Shown here piece by piece: positions 1 through 8,977 of a stretch of 64,000 nt of DNA. Position 1 is the stretch's first letter. Each line of letters opens with the position of its first letter. The translations under genes and the position numbers were made by a program. The DNA is from a virus. The stretch covers positions 23,167 to 87,166 of the IMG/VR virus record IMGVR_UViG_3300025438_000009; one strand, given 5' to 3'. The notes under the pieces were generated by a model. That model was not told the DNA's origin and did no database searches. It saw only the letters and a list, made by a program, of their open reading frames with translations.

Positions 1-298
1 GAGTATTACGATGTTTCACAAACTTTGAGGACTACTGAAACTTTTGACACTTTGAGGGAAATCCAAGCGTGGGGACCCGCTCCCGCTTTCTGACTCAATT
101 CGCAAAACCCGTGATAACCTTTTTCTAGCACGTTGCCGTGCCGACCCTCGCTGGTACACCCCCTTCCTTCCTTCCCGCCAGCGAGGGTCTCCCCCTTTTA
201 TATACAAAGTTAAAGTTAAAATAAAAGTTTAAGAAACACCCTGCAACCCCTGCAAGTGCACAAACGTAAAGAAACTGTACACGTGATAGGGTTTTGAG

Positions 299-544
299 AT
301 GCAACATTTAGAAGTACACATAATTTCTAGTCTTAAAGATATTCATCTTGCAGAAGACGCTGGACTCTTTGGAAGTGACATGTCTGTTATTGTTTCAGGT
401 CCAACTTGCGATTGCTGTGACCAGCTGATATTGTTAGAGCGTAGCGAAAAAGCACTTATTGTTTTGAGTGATAAAGACAGCTTCGAAGTATCCTGCGAGT
501 CCTGCTTGACAGAAACAATTCTAGCTGGTATCTTGGAGGAATAA
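299..544 (+). CDS. Hypothetical protein with two CxxC-type motifs, probably leaderless
   Basis: CDCC and CESC motifs; TAGGGT -10 at 287-292 lies 6 nt before the ATG. Confidence 0.6.
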   Translation: MQHLEVHIISSLKDIHLAEDAGLFGSDMSVIVSGPTCDCCDQLILLERSEKALIVLSDKDSFEVSCESCLTETILAGILEE

Positions 545-565
545 CCACAACGAAAGGACGACAAC

Positions 566-1012
566 ATGACCAAGGCAATTGCCAAAGCTTTGTACATCGA
601 GCTTCGCAAGTACTCCAATACTGCACAAATCATTCTTATCCCAGCGCTCAAAATCGATGCCTCTGGGGACTCACAACCTATGCGAGTTCTCAATCGACAG
701 ATTAGCGCTTCGCACCCTCGCAGGTCTTGGAGGTTCTACAAGTCCTCAACTCCTTCCGAGCTTTTCGAAACTATCGACTTGGAGCTTGCCACCACCCAGG
801 CAATTCCCTTCATTCAGGACATCGAATCGTACTTCCATGGATTCGGCAACGCTGGCTGGGAAGTTTACAAAACTCCTGTTGCTGTCGAGCTGACATATGA
901 CGACATCAGGGAAGTTCAAGATGCTAGGACCCCCCAGGCGTTTATGCGCCGACTCACCAGGGCTCGCGTTGGTGCGGGGTACCACGAAGAACTTTTCTCT
1001 ACTTCTGCCTAA
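566..1012 (+). CDS. Hypothetical protein
   Basis: 148-aa ORF after the ACCACAACGAAAGGACGAC leader/RBS. Confidence 0.8.
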   Translation: MTKAIAKALYIELRKYSNTAQIILIPALKIDASGDSQPMRVLNRQISASHPRRSWRFYKSSTPSELFETIDLELATTQAIPFIQDIESYFHGFGNAGWEVYKTPVAVELTYDDIREVQDARTPQAFMRRLTRARVGAGYHEELFSTSA

Positions 1013-1035
1013 ATAACCCCAACGAAGGGAAACAA

Positions 1036-1293
1036 ATGTCTGGATACTACCCCGAGGGCGTTACAGGAAATGAATTGGCGATTGCTGGACCCGACAGCGA
1101 GAAGGAAGCCACACGCGAGACTTGGTGCCGAAACCGAGAGTGCGAGGATTACACCGTCCCCCAAGAAATCGAGGGCGATGAGTGGACACACGGCGGTGAA
1201 GTCTTTTTCGATTGGACTTGCCCCGAGTGTTCCAAGTGGCACCAGGACGAAGACGGCTACATCGACCCTATGGGCTACCACCCCGACCTATGA
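1036..1293 (+). CDS. Small acidic Zn-ribbon-like protein
   Basis: CRNREC and CPEC motifs; GAAGGGA RBS. Confidence 0.7.
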   Translation: MSGYYPEGVTGNELAIAGPDSEKEATRETWCRNRECEDYTVPQEIEGDEWTHGGEVFFDWTCPECSKWHQDEDGYIDPMGYHPDL

Positions 1294-1365
1294 GGGGACA
1301 AGCCGATTTGACACTCTAAAGTATCTACACTAAACTAGGTATATCACAATGAAAGGACGACAACA

Positions 1366-2403
1366 ATGGAAACTAAAATCAAAGAAGTTACCGAGTTTGC
1401 AAATGCCAGGCTTTCCGAAATTACTGTCGATACTATGACAGGGCTCTCTCCAGAGCTGTCTGCATACATGGCGGCGACCATGGCTCAGAATCTTCACCCA
1501 GACATGGCTGGGATTCTCGAGAGCATCACCAACGACCAGGGCAGAGCCCGAGGACGTTCAGGCGCATCTACTACTCCTAGGGAAGGTTCTGCTACTAGCA
1601 ACCTTACCGAGGAAAATAAGAAGTGGCTACGCTCTAATGGCGAGTACTACTTCACTCGCTCGTGGGGAGGGCACGATGACGTTTTGGTACTCCGGCAAGC
1701 GCGGGATAACCAGCACTTCATTCTCCTCTATGGCGCACCTGGCTGTGGGAAGACTGCACTTGTTGAGGCAGCCTTCGGCGATGAGCTCTACACTGTGCTT
1801 GGGTCTGGCGACACCGAGGTTTCTGACCTCGTTGGTGGCTACTCCCAGCTCCCTGGTGGAGACTTCATCTGGACTGATGGTCCTCTAGTCAAGGCAGCCG
1901 AAGCTGGCAAGCCTCTGCTGATTGACGAGATTGGGCTCATTGACCCTAAGGTCCTCTCGATTGTCTATGGCTTGATGGACGGGCGTCGCGAGTACACTGT
2001 GACTGCCAACCCCGAGCGTGGCACTGTCAAGGCTCAAGATGGCTTCTACGTCATTGCGGCGACCAACCCCAACGCTCCTGGCGTTCGACTCTCCGAGGCT
2101 CTGCTCTCCAGGTTCGTGGTCCAGGTCGAGATGACTACGGACTGGTCCCTGGCTCGCAAGCTCGGCGTTCCAAGTCCTGCGGTCAATGCGGCGCAGAACC
2201 TGGCTCGCAAGCAAGAGTCTGGCGAAGTGTCTTGGGCTCCGCAGATGCGTGAGCTCCTCGCCTTCCGCGACCTCGAGAAGGTCTTCGGGACTAAGTGGGC
2301 AGTACAGAATCTGCTTGCAGCATCTCCCGAGATGGACCGCCCCACTGTGTCTGATGTGTTTAGTCGGACCTATGGTGAGCCCGCGCTCCCAGCGCGTATC
2401 TAG
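1366..2403 (+). CDS. MoxR/CbbQ/NorQ/CobS-like AAA+ ATPase
   Basis: Walker A GAPGCGKT, Walker B LLIDEI, sensor ATNP, LSRF arginine finger; next to a VWA gene. Confidence 0.9.
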   Translation: METKIKEVTEFANARLSEITVDTMTGLSPELSAYMAATMAQNLHPDMAGILESITNDQGRARGRSGASTTPREGSATSNLTEENKKWLRSNGEYYFTRSWGGHDDVLVLRQARDNQHFILLYGAPGCGKTALVEAAFGDELYTVLGSGDTEVSDLVGGYSQLPGGDFIWTDGPLVKAAEAGKPLLIDEIGLIDPKVLSIVYGLMDGRREYTVTANPERGTVKAQDGFYVIAATNPNAPGVRLSEALLSRFVVQVEMTTDWSLARKLGVPSPAVNAAQNLARKQESGEVSWAPQMRELLAFRDLEKVFGTKWAVQNLLAASPEMDRPTVSDVFSRTYGEPALPARI

Positions 2404-2507
2404 ACTACTGGGGGGAGGGAGTCGTCCCCCTCCCCTCAGTTCTAGTTTGACTTTGATACAGTGACCTGGTATCGTGTAGGTAGGACGACCACAACGAAAG
2501 GACGATA

Positions 2508-4307
2508 ATGACACACTTTGGACCTAGTGCCACAATTACCAGCACCACCCCCGAGGAGTGGCTAGGCGTTGGCGCAAAGATTGGCAAGCTCGTAAACAAG
2601 TGGGCAGGTCGCTATGACCTGGTTGCCTACATTGGAGACGAAGCTTCCATCGAGAGTGGCTCTCCCGCACGTTTCATACCCGCCACTGGCGAGGTCGAGA
2701 TAAATACTAGAATCTCCTTCCCTGGCGCAACCCCCGAGCAGGTCGGGGACCTTACCGAGCGCTCACAACAGTTTGAGTTCCCCAAGGGAACTGGCGCGAT
2801 TCTTCACGAAGCGATGCACGCCCGGTTCTCAACTTTCGACATAGGGCAAGCGCAACGCGAGCTCGGCGCTCGAGCATGGGAGGGCATGTACCTTCTCGAG
2901 GAAGGACGTATCGAAGCGTTCGGCGTGCGGACATTGCCAGAAAATAAAGCGTTCCTACGGGCGTGCGCTATGGATATTGTTCTGGGCGATGTTGCCGACT
3001 GGGAAGCTGAAGCCCTGGGTTCCGTTCGTGGCGTGGCAAAGATGATTGCCCTCACCTCGGCTCGAGTTACCGCTGGGGTTCTGTCTGCCGACGACATTGC
3101 GCCCTTCACAGCTATCATTCCGGTGGTCGCTCCCGAGGGATTGATTGATGCTCTACGACCTATCTGGACTGAGTACCAGATGCTCGTTCCCGAGCTCCAC
3201 CTCGAGCGTATGTATAACCTTGCTCGCAAGTGGGCTGAAGTTGTTGCCTCGGCTACCGAGGAAGCTGGCGAGTCTGAAGATAGCGAAGGCGAAGGCGAGA
3301 GCTCTCCAGGGAGTGAGTCCCGCGCTGAGCAGATTCGCGAAGCCATTCAAGAGATTCTCGACAACGTAGAGTTTGGGGCGATTGCCGAAGCTCTTGACCA
3401 GCAGGCTAAAGAGGACCGTGAGGGTGCTATCGAGCAGGCGAACCGCAATAGCCAAGAGGTTCGCTCGGCTCGGGAAACCGCCTCAGAGGTATTCTCCCAT
3501 GGCTCGGGTTCAGCTGACGTTCGGGGGACCTCCTCGCGACTCATGGAAACACGTCCACCCTCGAGCTCAGAGCGGGCTAGCGCTGTGCGGATTGCTCAGG
3601 CTCTCGAGCGTGCTAAGTATCGTGACCGCGTTCGGACGGAGACGGCAAGCGCTACTCCCCCAGGACGCCTGCGGACTCGTGCTATTGTGCAAGGCAGGGC
3701 GATGCGCAAGCGTGGCATGATGGACACCACCACCCCATGGAACCGGATTCAGCGGAGACACGTTGATGACCCAGACTTGACCATCGGCGTGATGGTGGAT
3801 ATCTCTGGCTCAATGAGTTCAGCGATGGAACCGATGGCGAGTGCGGCGTGGGTTCTCTCTGAGGCAACCCGGCGTGTGCAAGGTCGAACCGCGATGGTCT
3901 ACTACGGCTCGGACGTCTTCCACACACTCAAGCCAGGACAGCACCTAGACAAGGTGACGGTCTACTCGGCAAGCGATTCGACAGAGGAGTTCGGTAAGGC
4001 GTTCCAGGCTCTGGACGGACAGCTCGAGTTGCTCAACGGGACGGGTGCTAGGTTGCTCGTCATTGTGTCGGACGGACAATATCGGAGGGACCAGGTTGAT
4101 GAAGTCCGGCGAGTGATGAAGCGGTGCGACCAGGCAGGCGTGGCAGTTCTGTGGATTGGTGCTGGTAGCTATGGTGCTGATGCTGAGAAGTTCTGTTCAT
4201 CGGCGAGCTCCTCGTTCACGAGAATGGCGGGTGCTGTGACCGAAGTCGCTGACCGTATCGGCAAGCTAGCAGAGCAAGCTCTGACCAACGCAGGAAGCCG
4301 AGGGTAG
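2508..4307 (+). CDS. VWA-domain (CobT-like) protein with N-terminal HEXXH zincin-like region
   Basis: HEAMH followed by EEGRIE; MIDAS motif DISGSM and VSDG; acidic linker. Confidence 0.88.
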   Translation: MTHFGPSATITSTTPEEWLGVGAKIGKLVNKWAGRYDLVAYIGDEASIESGSPARFIPATGEVEINTRISFPGATPEQVGDLTERSQQFEFPKGTGAILHEAMHARFSTFDIGQAQRELGARAWEGMYLLEEGRIEAFGVRTLPENKAFLRACAMDIVLGDVADWEAEALGSVRGVAKMIALTSARVTAGVLSADDIAPFTAIIPVVAPEGLIDALRPIWTEYQMLVPELHLERMYNLARKWAEVVASATEEAGESEDSEGEGESSPGSESRAEQIREAIQEILDNVEFGAIAEALDQQAKEDREGAIEQANRNSQEVRSARETASEVFSHGSGSADVRGTSSRLMETRPPSSSERASAVRIAQALERAKYRDRVRTETASATPPGRLRTRAIVQGRAMRKRGMMDTTTPWNRIQRRHVDDPDLTIGVMVDISGSMSSAMEPMASAAWVLSEATRRVQGRTAMVYYGSDVFHTLKPGQHLDKVTVYSASDSTEEFGKAFQALDGQLELLNGTGARLLVIVSDGQYRRDQVDEVRRVMKRCDQAGVAVLWIGAGSYGADAEKFCSSASSSFTRMAGAVTEVADRIGKLAEQALTNAGSRG

Positions 4308-4364
4308 CGGGTGAAGATTCTAGCTTTTGACATAGTAGCCCCTAGCGCAGAACCAACCAAGAAG

Positions 4365-4391
4365 CCCCCGAGAAATCGGGGGTCTTTTTTT
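4365..4391 (+). terminator. Intrinsic terminator
   Basis: CCCCGA-GAAA-TCGGGG stem followed by a T run. Confidence 0.85.
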
Positions 4392-4500
4392 GGGTTCTTG
4401 TATCAACGTAAAGAAAGTGTACGGGAGTCACAACTAAGACTTGCGCTCGGGAGAGATTGCTGATATTGTCTAATTGTAACCACAACCGAAAGGACGACAA

Positions 4501-4671
4501 ATGTCACAACTAGACCCGTTCGAGTGCGATGCCGAGGGGTGCTTCGATTCGTCAGAATACGGCGTGACCCTCACGGATATGACCAAAGCGGACATCTGCT
4601 CGGGTTGTCTCGGATACCTAGAGGGCGAGGGACTTGTTTTGTTCTCTATCCGCCACAAAGTTCTCAACTAA
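4501..4671 (+). CDS. 56-aa Cys-rich peptide (below the ORF-track cutoff)
   Basis: MSQLDPFECDAEGC...DICSGC...KVLN; preceded by the ACCACAACCGAAAGGACGAC leader. Confidence 0.7.
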   Translation: MSQLDPFECDAEGCFDSSEYGVTLTDMTKADICSGCLGYLEGEGLVLFSIRHKVLN

Positions 4672-4698
4672 CCACAACCACAACAGAAGGACGAAAAA

Positions 4699-5160
4699 AT
4701 GGGATACACACACAATTGGAGAAGAGACGAAAGTCTGATGTTTCCAGAGGACTCTCGCGAGTTCTACGCGGAGTTCACTCGCTATGCGGTGCAGATAATC
4801 CAAACCGCAAAGCAACAGGGTATCGAACTTGCTGACTCTAGTGGCGAGCACTTGGGTGCCTGGCGAGTGGACGGGGATTCGGTGCGACTCAACGGGTACG
4901 GCGAGGACTCTTACGAGAGTTTTGTTTGGGAGAAAGTCTGCCCTGAACCGCAGGACTCCAAGGGGTTCTACGGTTTTTGTAAGACCGCTCGCAAGCCTTA
5001 CGATGTTGTCGTGACCGCCTTGCTCCTTGCGGCACGGGAAGCATACGGGGACGCTGTACGGATTTCTTCCGATGGTTCGCCTTACGAGTGGGAGGACGGG
5101 GTGAAACTCTTCCAGCAGGCGACTGGACTGGTGTCAAGCCCCCTACTCGAAACCGTCTAG
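4699..5160 (+). CDS. Conserved phage hypothetical protein
   Basis: MGYTHNW start, FCKTARKPYDVVV and SSDG motifs; good RBS. Confidence 0.8.
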   Translation: MGYTHNWRRDESLMFPEDSREFYAEFTRYAVQIIQTAKQQGIELADSSGEHLGAWRVDGDSVRLNGYGEDSYESFVWEKVCPEPQDSKGFYGFCKTARKPYDVVVTALLLAAREAYGDAVRISSDGSPYEWEDGVKLFQQATGLVSSPLLETV

Positions 5161-5183
5161 ATGTAGACAAGCCACAGCGAAAA

Positions 5184-5208
5184 GCCCCCGCGAAAGTGGG
5201 GGTTTTTT
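5184..5208 (+). terminator. Intrinsic terminator
   Basis: CCCCCGC-GAAA-GTGGGGG stem followed by a T run. Confidence 0.85.
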
Positions 5209-5332
5209 GTTGCCCGATTTTTTGTCGGACACCTACGAACGTAAAGAATGTGTACGGGCTCAAAATTTCTGGTTGCTCCGCAACTTTGTATGTGGAAAGT
5301 TTGTGGGCGCTCCGAAGAAATACCTTGCTGGT

Positions 5333-5361
5333 TTGACAATGTCACACGTGGGTACTAAAGT
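5333..5361 (+). promoter_or_regulatory. SigA-type promoter with embedded TGTCAC-N10-TANNNT element
   Basis: TTGACA-N17-TAAAGT; near-identical copies at 5955-5983 and 6336-6364. Confidence 0.8.
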
Positions 5362-5388
5362 AGTAAGTACCACAAGAAAGGATTTACA

Positions 5389-5727
5389 ATGGAAAACAAG
5401 AATCACAGCGCGGAGTTCTATGTTGATGCTCCCTGGCTAGAAGTTATTTGGGGCGAAGGCTCACGATTCCAAGTCTGCCGTAATGGCGAGATGCGGATTA
5501 TCGACAACGTTCGCGAAGCCGTCTACCGCTACACGAGTGACTTGGTCGAGGCAGGCATCACGACTGATGCCGATGTCCAGGCACTCTACGAGAGCGAAGA
5601 CTATGTTGTTTCGTACAATCCCTGGTTCGAGGTCTTCGACGCCGAGGACTCTGGGGGCGATGGAGAAGTATTTCATAACGTCCACGAGGCTATCTCTCGG
5701 GCCCAGAAGTTGTCTGAGGAGAAATAA
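5389..5727 (+). CDS. Hypothetical protein
   Basis: 112-aa ORF with ACCACAAGAAAGGA leader. Confidence 0.8.
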   Translation: MENKNHSAEFYVDAPWLEVIWGEGSRFQVCRNGEMRIIDNVREAVYRYTSDLVEAGITTDADVQALYESEDYVVSYNPWFEVFDAEDSGGDGEVFHNVHEAISRAQKLSEEK

Positions 5728-5729
5728 TA

Positions 5730-6002
5730 ATGAGTGATAATGACCAGTTGATACGACACCTAGGAGTCTGGCAAGGACTCGAACTGGAGTATTCTTGGGG
5801 ACACTACGCGGTCTACTGCGGTGGCGCGGAAGACGCCACGCTAGTCGAATACTTTGGTGGAGACGACTACGGGGTTATCAAGCGCTTCGCGGGTGAGACT
5901 GCTATCCATGATGCTATCCGCGAGTGTGACGACCAATACAGCGCGTCTCTCGATTTGACAATGTTACACGTGGGCATTATGCTAAGAGTATCAACTCAAT
6001 AA
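5730..6002 (+). CDS. Hypothetical protein
   Basis: Translationally coupled ORF whose 3' end runs through the 5955-5983 promoter. Confidence 0.65.
   Translation: MSDNDQLIRHLGVWQGLELEYSWGHYAVYCGGAEDATLVEYFGGDDYGVIKRFAGETAIHDAIRECDDQYSASLDLTMLHVGIMLRVSTQ
5955..5983 (+). promoter_or_regulatory. SigA-type promoter, repeat copy
   Basis: TTGACA-ATGTTACACGTGGGCAT-TATGCT. Confidence 0.75.
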
Positions 6003-6095
6003 CCACAACGAGATGAGGGGTTATCACCCGAGTCGGACTCTCGCAAGAGAGCGAGGACTGAACAGAGAGAAGGGGAGTCGCAGACTCCCCTTTTT
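5990..6095 (+). ncRNA. Candidate small RNA of about 100 nt
   Basis: Lies between a promoter and a terminator; no RBS-led ORF; internal hairpin CTCTC-GCAA-GAGAG. Confidence 0.4.
6072..6095 (+). terminator. Intrinsic terminator
   Basis: GGGGAGTC-GCA-GACTCCCC-TTTTT. Confidence 0.9.
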
Positions 6096-6197
6096 GTTTG
6101 TGCCGTGAGCCTTGCACGAACGTAAAGAATGTGTACGGATTTGACACGGAAAGGTTTTTTTGGTACATTGTCAATGTATTTACAACCAAGGAGAAAA

Positions 6198-6311
6198 ATG
6201 ACGAAGCAAAAGAAAATGACAATGGCAGAAGGGTTCACCCTCATCACGGGGCTCTCTGCGGTATTTGTTGTGTTCTACCTAATCGCGCAGCTCATAGGGC
6301 GCGGTTACTAA
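6198..6311 (+). CDS. 37-aa single-pass membrane peptide
   Basis: AAGGAG RBS; hydrophobic stretch FTLITGLSAVFVVFYLIA; TTGACA promoter near 6141. Confidence 0.65.
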   Translation: MTKQKKMTMAEGFTLITGLSAVFVVFYLIAQLIGRGY

Positions 6312-6335
6312 TTTTGCGACACGCCGTAGCAAAGT

Positions 6336-6364
6336 TTGACAATGTCACACGTGGGCACTAGGCT
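6336..6364 (+). promoter_or_regulatory. SigA-type promoter with TGTCAC-N10-TAGGCT
   Basis: TTGACA-N17-TAGGCT. Confidence 0.75.
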
Positions 6365-6393
6365 GGGAGTATCCCAGAGAGAAGGAGGACGAA

Positions 6394-6675
6394 ATGGAAA
6401 AGACAGTAAACGCCCAGACAGCCGAAGCGATTGCCGGACTGGCTCAAGTACGCGCCGATATCAAGCGCCTACAGGAGCAAGAGTCCACTCTCCGCGACAC
6501 CGTCATCGAGGGTATGGGGGACGCACAGATTGCGGTCTTCCGAAACCAAGCGATTGCTCGCTTGACCCAAGTCACTCGCACCACGATTGACTCCAAGAAA
6601 CTTCAGGAGCACTATCCCGAAGCGTTCGCAGACACGAAGCGCGAGAGCACTTCTCCTAGGCTGACCTTAGTCTAG
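6394..6675 (+). CDS. 93-aa coiled-coil protein, paralog of 9060-9341
   Basis: 68/93 identical to the second copy by hand count; C-terminal IDSKKLQEHYPEAF motif. Confidence 0.85.
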   Translation: MEKTVNAQTAEAIAGLAQVRADIKRLQEQESTLRDTVIEGMGDAQIAVFRNQAIARLTQVTRTTIDSKKLQEHYPEAFADTKRESTSPRLTLV

Positions 6676-6705
6676 GGGGAGACTCTCTCCAAGGAAGGAA
6701 ACACA

Positions 6706-6924
6706 ATGTCACTTTATGAAATAACCGGATATATCCAAATCCCCGTCTCCGCTACGGTGGAAGCGGACTCCCCCGAAAAAGCCCACGAGATTGGTAAAGA
6801 CCTTATCAACGATGGGATTGGTATCCAGGGAGACCAGTACTTGCTAGAAGAATACAGCGTATGGAACATTGACCTACCCGATGAGCCAGTAGAGACTCTC
6901 TTGACCCACATAGGACACGCATAA
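6706..6924 (+). CDS. Hypothetical protein
   Basis: AAGGAAGGA RBS; VEADSPEKA motif typical of small phage proteins. Confidence 0.75.
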   Translation: MSLYEITGYIQIPVSATVEADSPEKAHEIGKDLINDGIGIQGDQYLLEEYSVWNIDLPDEPVETLLTHIGHA

Positions 6925-6969
6925 ACAAATACAAAGATAGCCCCCGCAAGAGGGAAGAAAGAGGACAAG

Positions 6970-7107
6970 ATGAAAATCACCGCCACCTACCCGACTTGGC
7001 GCAAGCCAGCACCAGAGACCTACATCGTAGACGCCGAAGAGGCAGATTATTGGGTCGAGCAACTAATTGCTAGTGGTGCGCTTTTTGTGACAACTAAAGA
7101 AGATTAG
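6970..7107 (+). CDS. 45-aa hypothetical peptide
   Basis: GAGGA RBS; MKITATYPTWRK...KED; ends just before a terminator. Confidence 0.6.
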   Translation: MKITATYPTWRKPAPETYIVDAEEADYWVEQLIASGALFVTTKED

Positions 7108-7121
7108 AAACGAAAAAATAT

Positions 7122-7153
7122 CCCCCGCCAAAAGCGCGGGGGTTATTTTTTTT
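7122..7153 (+). terminator. Intrinsic terminator
   Basis: CCCCCGC...GCGGGGG stem followed by a T run. Confidence 0.8.
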
Positions 7154-7261
7154 GCGCGGGAGCCCCCGCGAACGTAAAGAATGTGTACGCGGGTTTTGGT
7201 GCTTGACTTTTTATGTGCGGGTTGGTACTTTACTAATATATCCACACAACAAGGAGGAAAA

Positions 7262-7417
7262 ATGTATTACTTTATTACTGTAGTTGCTAGGGGTACGCGG
7301 GAAATAATTGCTACCTATATCGCATCACTCGAAGATGAAGCGCACCGAATCGTCCAGTCTATTGGAACTGGCGAAGGCTATATGGTATTTGTAACTCAGG
7401 GCGACCCACTGTCGTAA
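7262..7417 (+). CDS. 51-aa hypothetical protein
   Basis: AAGGAGG RBS before the ATG at 7262. Confidence 0.7.
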   Translation: MYYFITVVARGTREIIATYIASLEDEAHRIVQSIGTGEGYMVFVTQGDPLS

Positions 7418-7479
7418 CTTGCGCTGAGTGCCGTTGAGCACTATACTGAAACTGTAAGACTAAATAGAAGGAGACACAA

Positions 7480-7755
7480 ATGGGAAACTTACAAGCAGCA
7501 TCACTGGCAGAGTTGGCTATTGACGACAACGCCCTGCACAACGCCCTGGCTATCCACTTGCGGAGTAATCACTATCCCCCCGTGAACTATGCCTTTATCC
7601 CCGTAGCGAAGCAAGCAATCGCTTTGGCAATCGAGGAAGACTATGACGCCGAGTTGGAATACCCTAATGGTCTGGTGCGGAGTGTCGCACACACTATCGA
7701 GGGACTTCACTTAGACGCTTTTGTGGAGGCTCGGGTAGGTGACTACGATGAGTAA
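7480..7755 (+). CDS. Hypothetical protein
   Basis: HLRSNHYPPV motif; AAGGAG RBS; promoter TTGCGC-N17-TATACT upstream. Confidence 0.8.
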   Translation: MGNLQAASLAELAIDDNALHNALAIHLRSNHYPPVNYAFIPVAKQAIALAIEEDYDAELEYPNGLVRSVAHTIEGLHLDAFVEARVGDYDE

Positions 7756-7930
7756 TCAAGTTGCCGTTACTGAACTACCCCAGTGCGACTTTTGCGCGGG
7801 GGAGGCAGAGTATGACGCCAAGACAACTTTAGGACCCTGGGCTAATATGTGTGAAGGCGACTTCCAAACCTACGGAGTTGGACAACTAGGGACTGGCTTT
7901 GGGCAGAAACTGGTCGTCCTCACCTACTAA
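7748..7930 (+). CDS. Conserved small phage Zn-binding protein
   Basis: CDFC...YDAKT..GPWANMC...GTGFGQ pattern. Confidence 0.75.
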   Translation: MSNQVAVTELPQCDFCAGEAEYDAKTTLGPWANMCEGDFQTYGVGQLGTGFGQKLVVLTY

Positions 7931-7944
7931 GACAATAAGCAAGA

Positions 7945-7970
7945 GGGAGTCAGGAAACTGGCTCCCTTTT
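7945..7970 (+). terminator. Intrinsic terminator
   Basis: GGGAGTCAG-GAAA-CTGGCTCCC-TTTT. Confidence 0.85.
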
Positions 7971-8009
7971 GTGTTTGACAATGGCAAACGCCGATGATAT
8001 AGTGTAACT

Positions 8010-8177
8010 ATGAATAAGAAACCTAAGCACAGAGGAATAGCGAACCCAGCCTATGCGCTCGCTATGTCTGAGTTGCGCCGCTCGAACGCCTCGGGGACTC
8101 ACGCCGACAAGCGTACTCGCAGGGTACGCACTCGCAGTGCCTCGAAGCGCAGGTCGCTGGAGGACTATCGTGGCTAA
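8010..8177 (+). CDS. 55-aa very basic, probably leaderless peptide
   Basis: TTGACA(7975)-N17-TATAGT(7998-8003) with ATG 6 nt later; ELRRSNASGTH...RVRTRSASKRRSL. Confidence 0.7.
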   Translation: MNKKPKHRGIANPAYALAMSELRRSNASGTHADKRTRRVRTRSASKRRSLEDYRG

Positions 8178-8304
8178 GTTGCTGGGACTGAGTGTAGTGC
8201 TCGGAGTGTTGGTGGCGTTGTCCCCCGACTCCCCTGGGACCCTCGCAGGGCTGATAGTCGCGAGTGCGGTTGCTGCAGTGTCAGTAGTCGCCGATAGAAT
8301 GTAA
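8170..8304 (+). CDS. 44-aa membrane peptide
   Basis: GGAGG RBS, GTG start, two hydrophobic segments. Confidence 0.55.
   Translation: MAKLLGLSVVLGVLVALSPDSPGTLAGLIVASAVAAVSVVADRM
8279..8300 (+). promoter_or_regulatory. PafBC/RecA-NDp-like promoter
   Basis: TGTCAG-TAGTCGCCGA-TAGAAT. Confidence 0.7.
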
Positions 8305-8337
8305 GTGTAAGACAAACCACAACTAAGGAGAAGCAAA

Positions 8338-8484
8338 ATGAACAGAGATGATTTTTTCAGGAAAGTTCTGGAAATATTCCCCGAAGCAATTATTGACGAG
8401 GAATACGCCACTGGTGAGTTGATGATATCAACTGGCTGGAAGTTTGACACCATCGACACCATCGTCCCCCTGGTCGAGAAGTAG
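8338..8484 (+). CDS. 48-aa hypothetical peptide
   Basis: ACCACAACTAAGGAG leader; MNRDDFFRKVLEIFPEA. Confidence 0.7.
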   Translation: MNRDDFFRKVLEIFPEAIIDEEYATGELMISTGWKFDTIDTIVPLVEK

Positions 8485-8495
8485 GGGTAAAGACA

Positions 8496-8612
8496 ATGAG
8501 TACCACACCCTGCAACATATGCGTAATCGCAGTTGATACCGATATCCACGCCGAAGAACTAGGAATGTGTGTGGACTGCTCGAACGAGTATTTCACGCAC
8601 GCAGATGAATAA
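8496..8612 (+). CDS. 38-aa micro zinc-finger peptide
   Basis: CNIC...CVDC; followed by a terminator at about 8627-8658. Confidence 0.6.
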   Translation: MSTTPCNICVIAVDTDIHAEELGMCVDCSNEYFTHADE

Positions 8613-8709
8613 GAAATAACAAAGATGGCCCCTGCATAAATGTGGGGGCTGTTTTTTTGTGGGAGTAGTGGGGGCGAACGTAAAGAAAGTGTACGCAGGA
8701 GATGCGCGG

Positions 8710-8731
8710 TGTCAGTGGTTGCTGATACACT
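8710..8731 (+). promoter_or_regulatory. PafBC/RecA-NDp-like promoter
   Basis: TGTCAG-TGGTTGCTGA-TACACT with no canonical TTGACA. Confidence 0.75.
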
Positions 8732-8770
8732 AAAAATGTACCCAAAAACACTCTAAAAGAAGGAAAACCT

Positions 8771-8977
8771 ATGATACACAACATTATTTCCCCCCGAGGT
8801 TCGTATTTTGCTGGTGATGGGTCATACGGAAGCGCTAAAAACGTCGTGATTGTCGATACCGACAGTTGGACTGAAGAAGACTGGGCGCGTATCGAGGACG
8901 CCTCCGATGAAGAACGTCCCGACATCGCCGGCGAGCTGGGAACATACTATTGGTCTGCATCAAGAAAAAATATCTAA
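8771..8977 (+). CDS. Hypothetical acidic protein
   Basis: AAGGA RBS downstream of the promoter. Confidence 0.7.
   Translation: MIHNIISPRGSYFAGDGSYGSAKNVVIVDTDSWTEEDWARIEDASDEERPDIAGELGTYYWSASRKNI

Noticed and set aside
1366-4307. Cobalamin biosynthesis (cobS/cobT) assignment
   Set aside because: The motifs support only the general MoxR/VWA class; no cobN or other cobalamin genes are present.
6005-6070. Hammerhead ribozyme
   Set aside because: GATGA is present but the CTGATGA and GAAA core is not.
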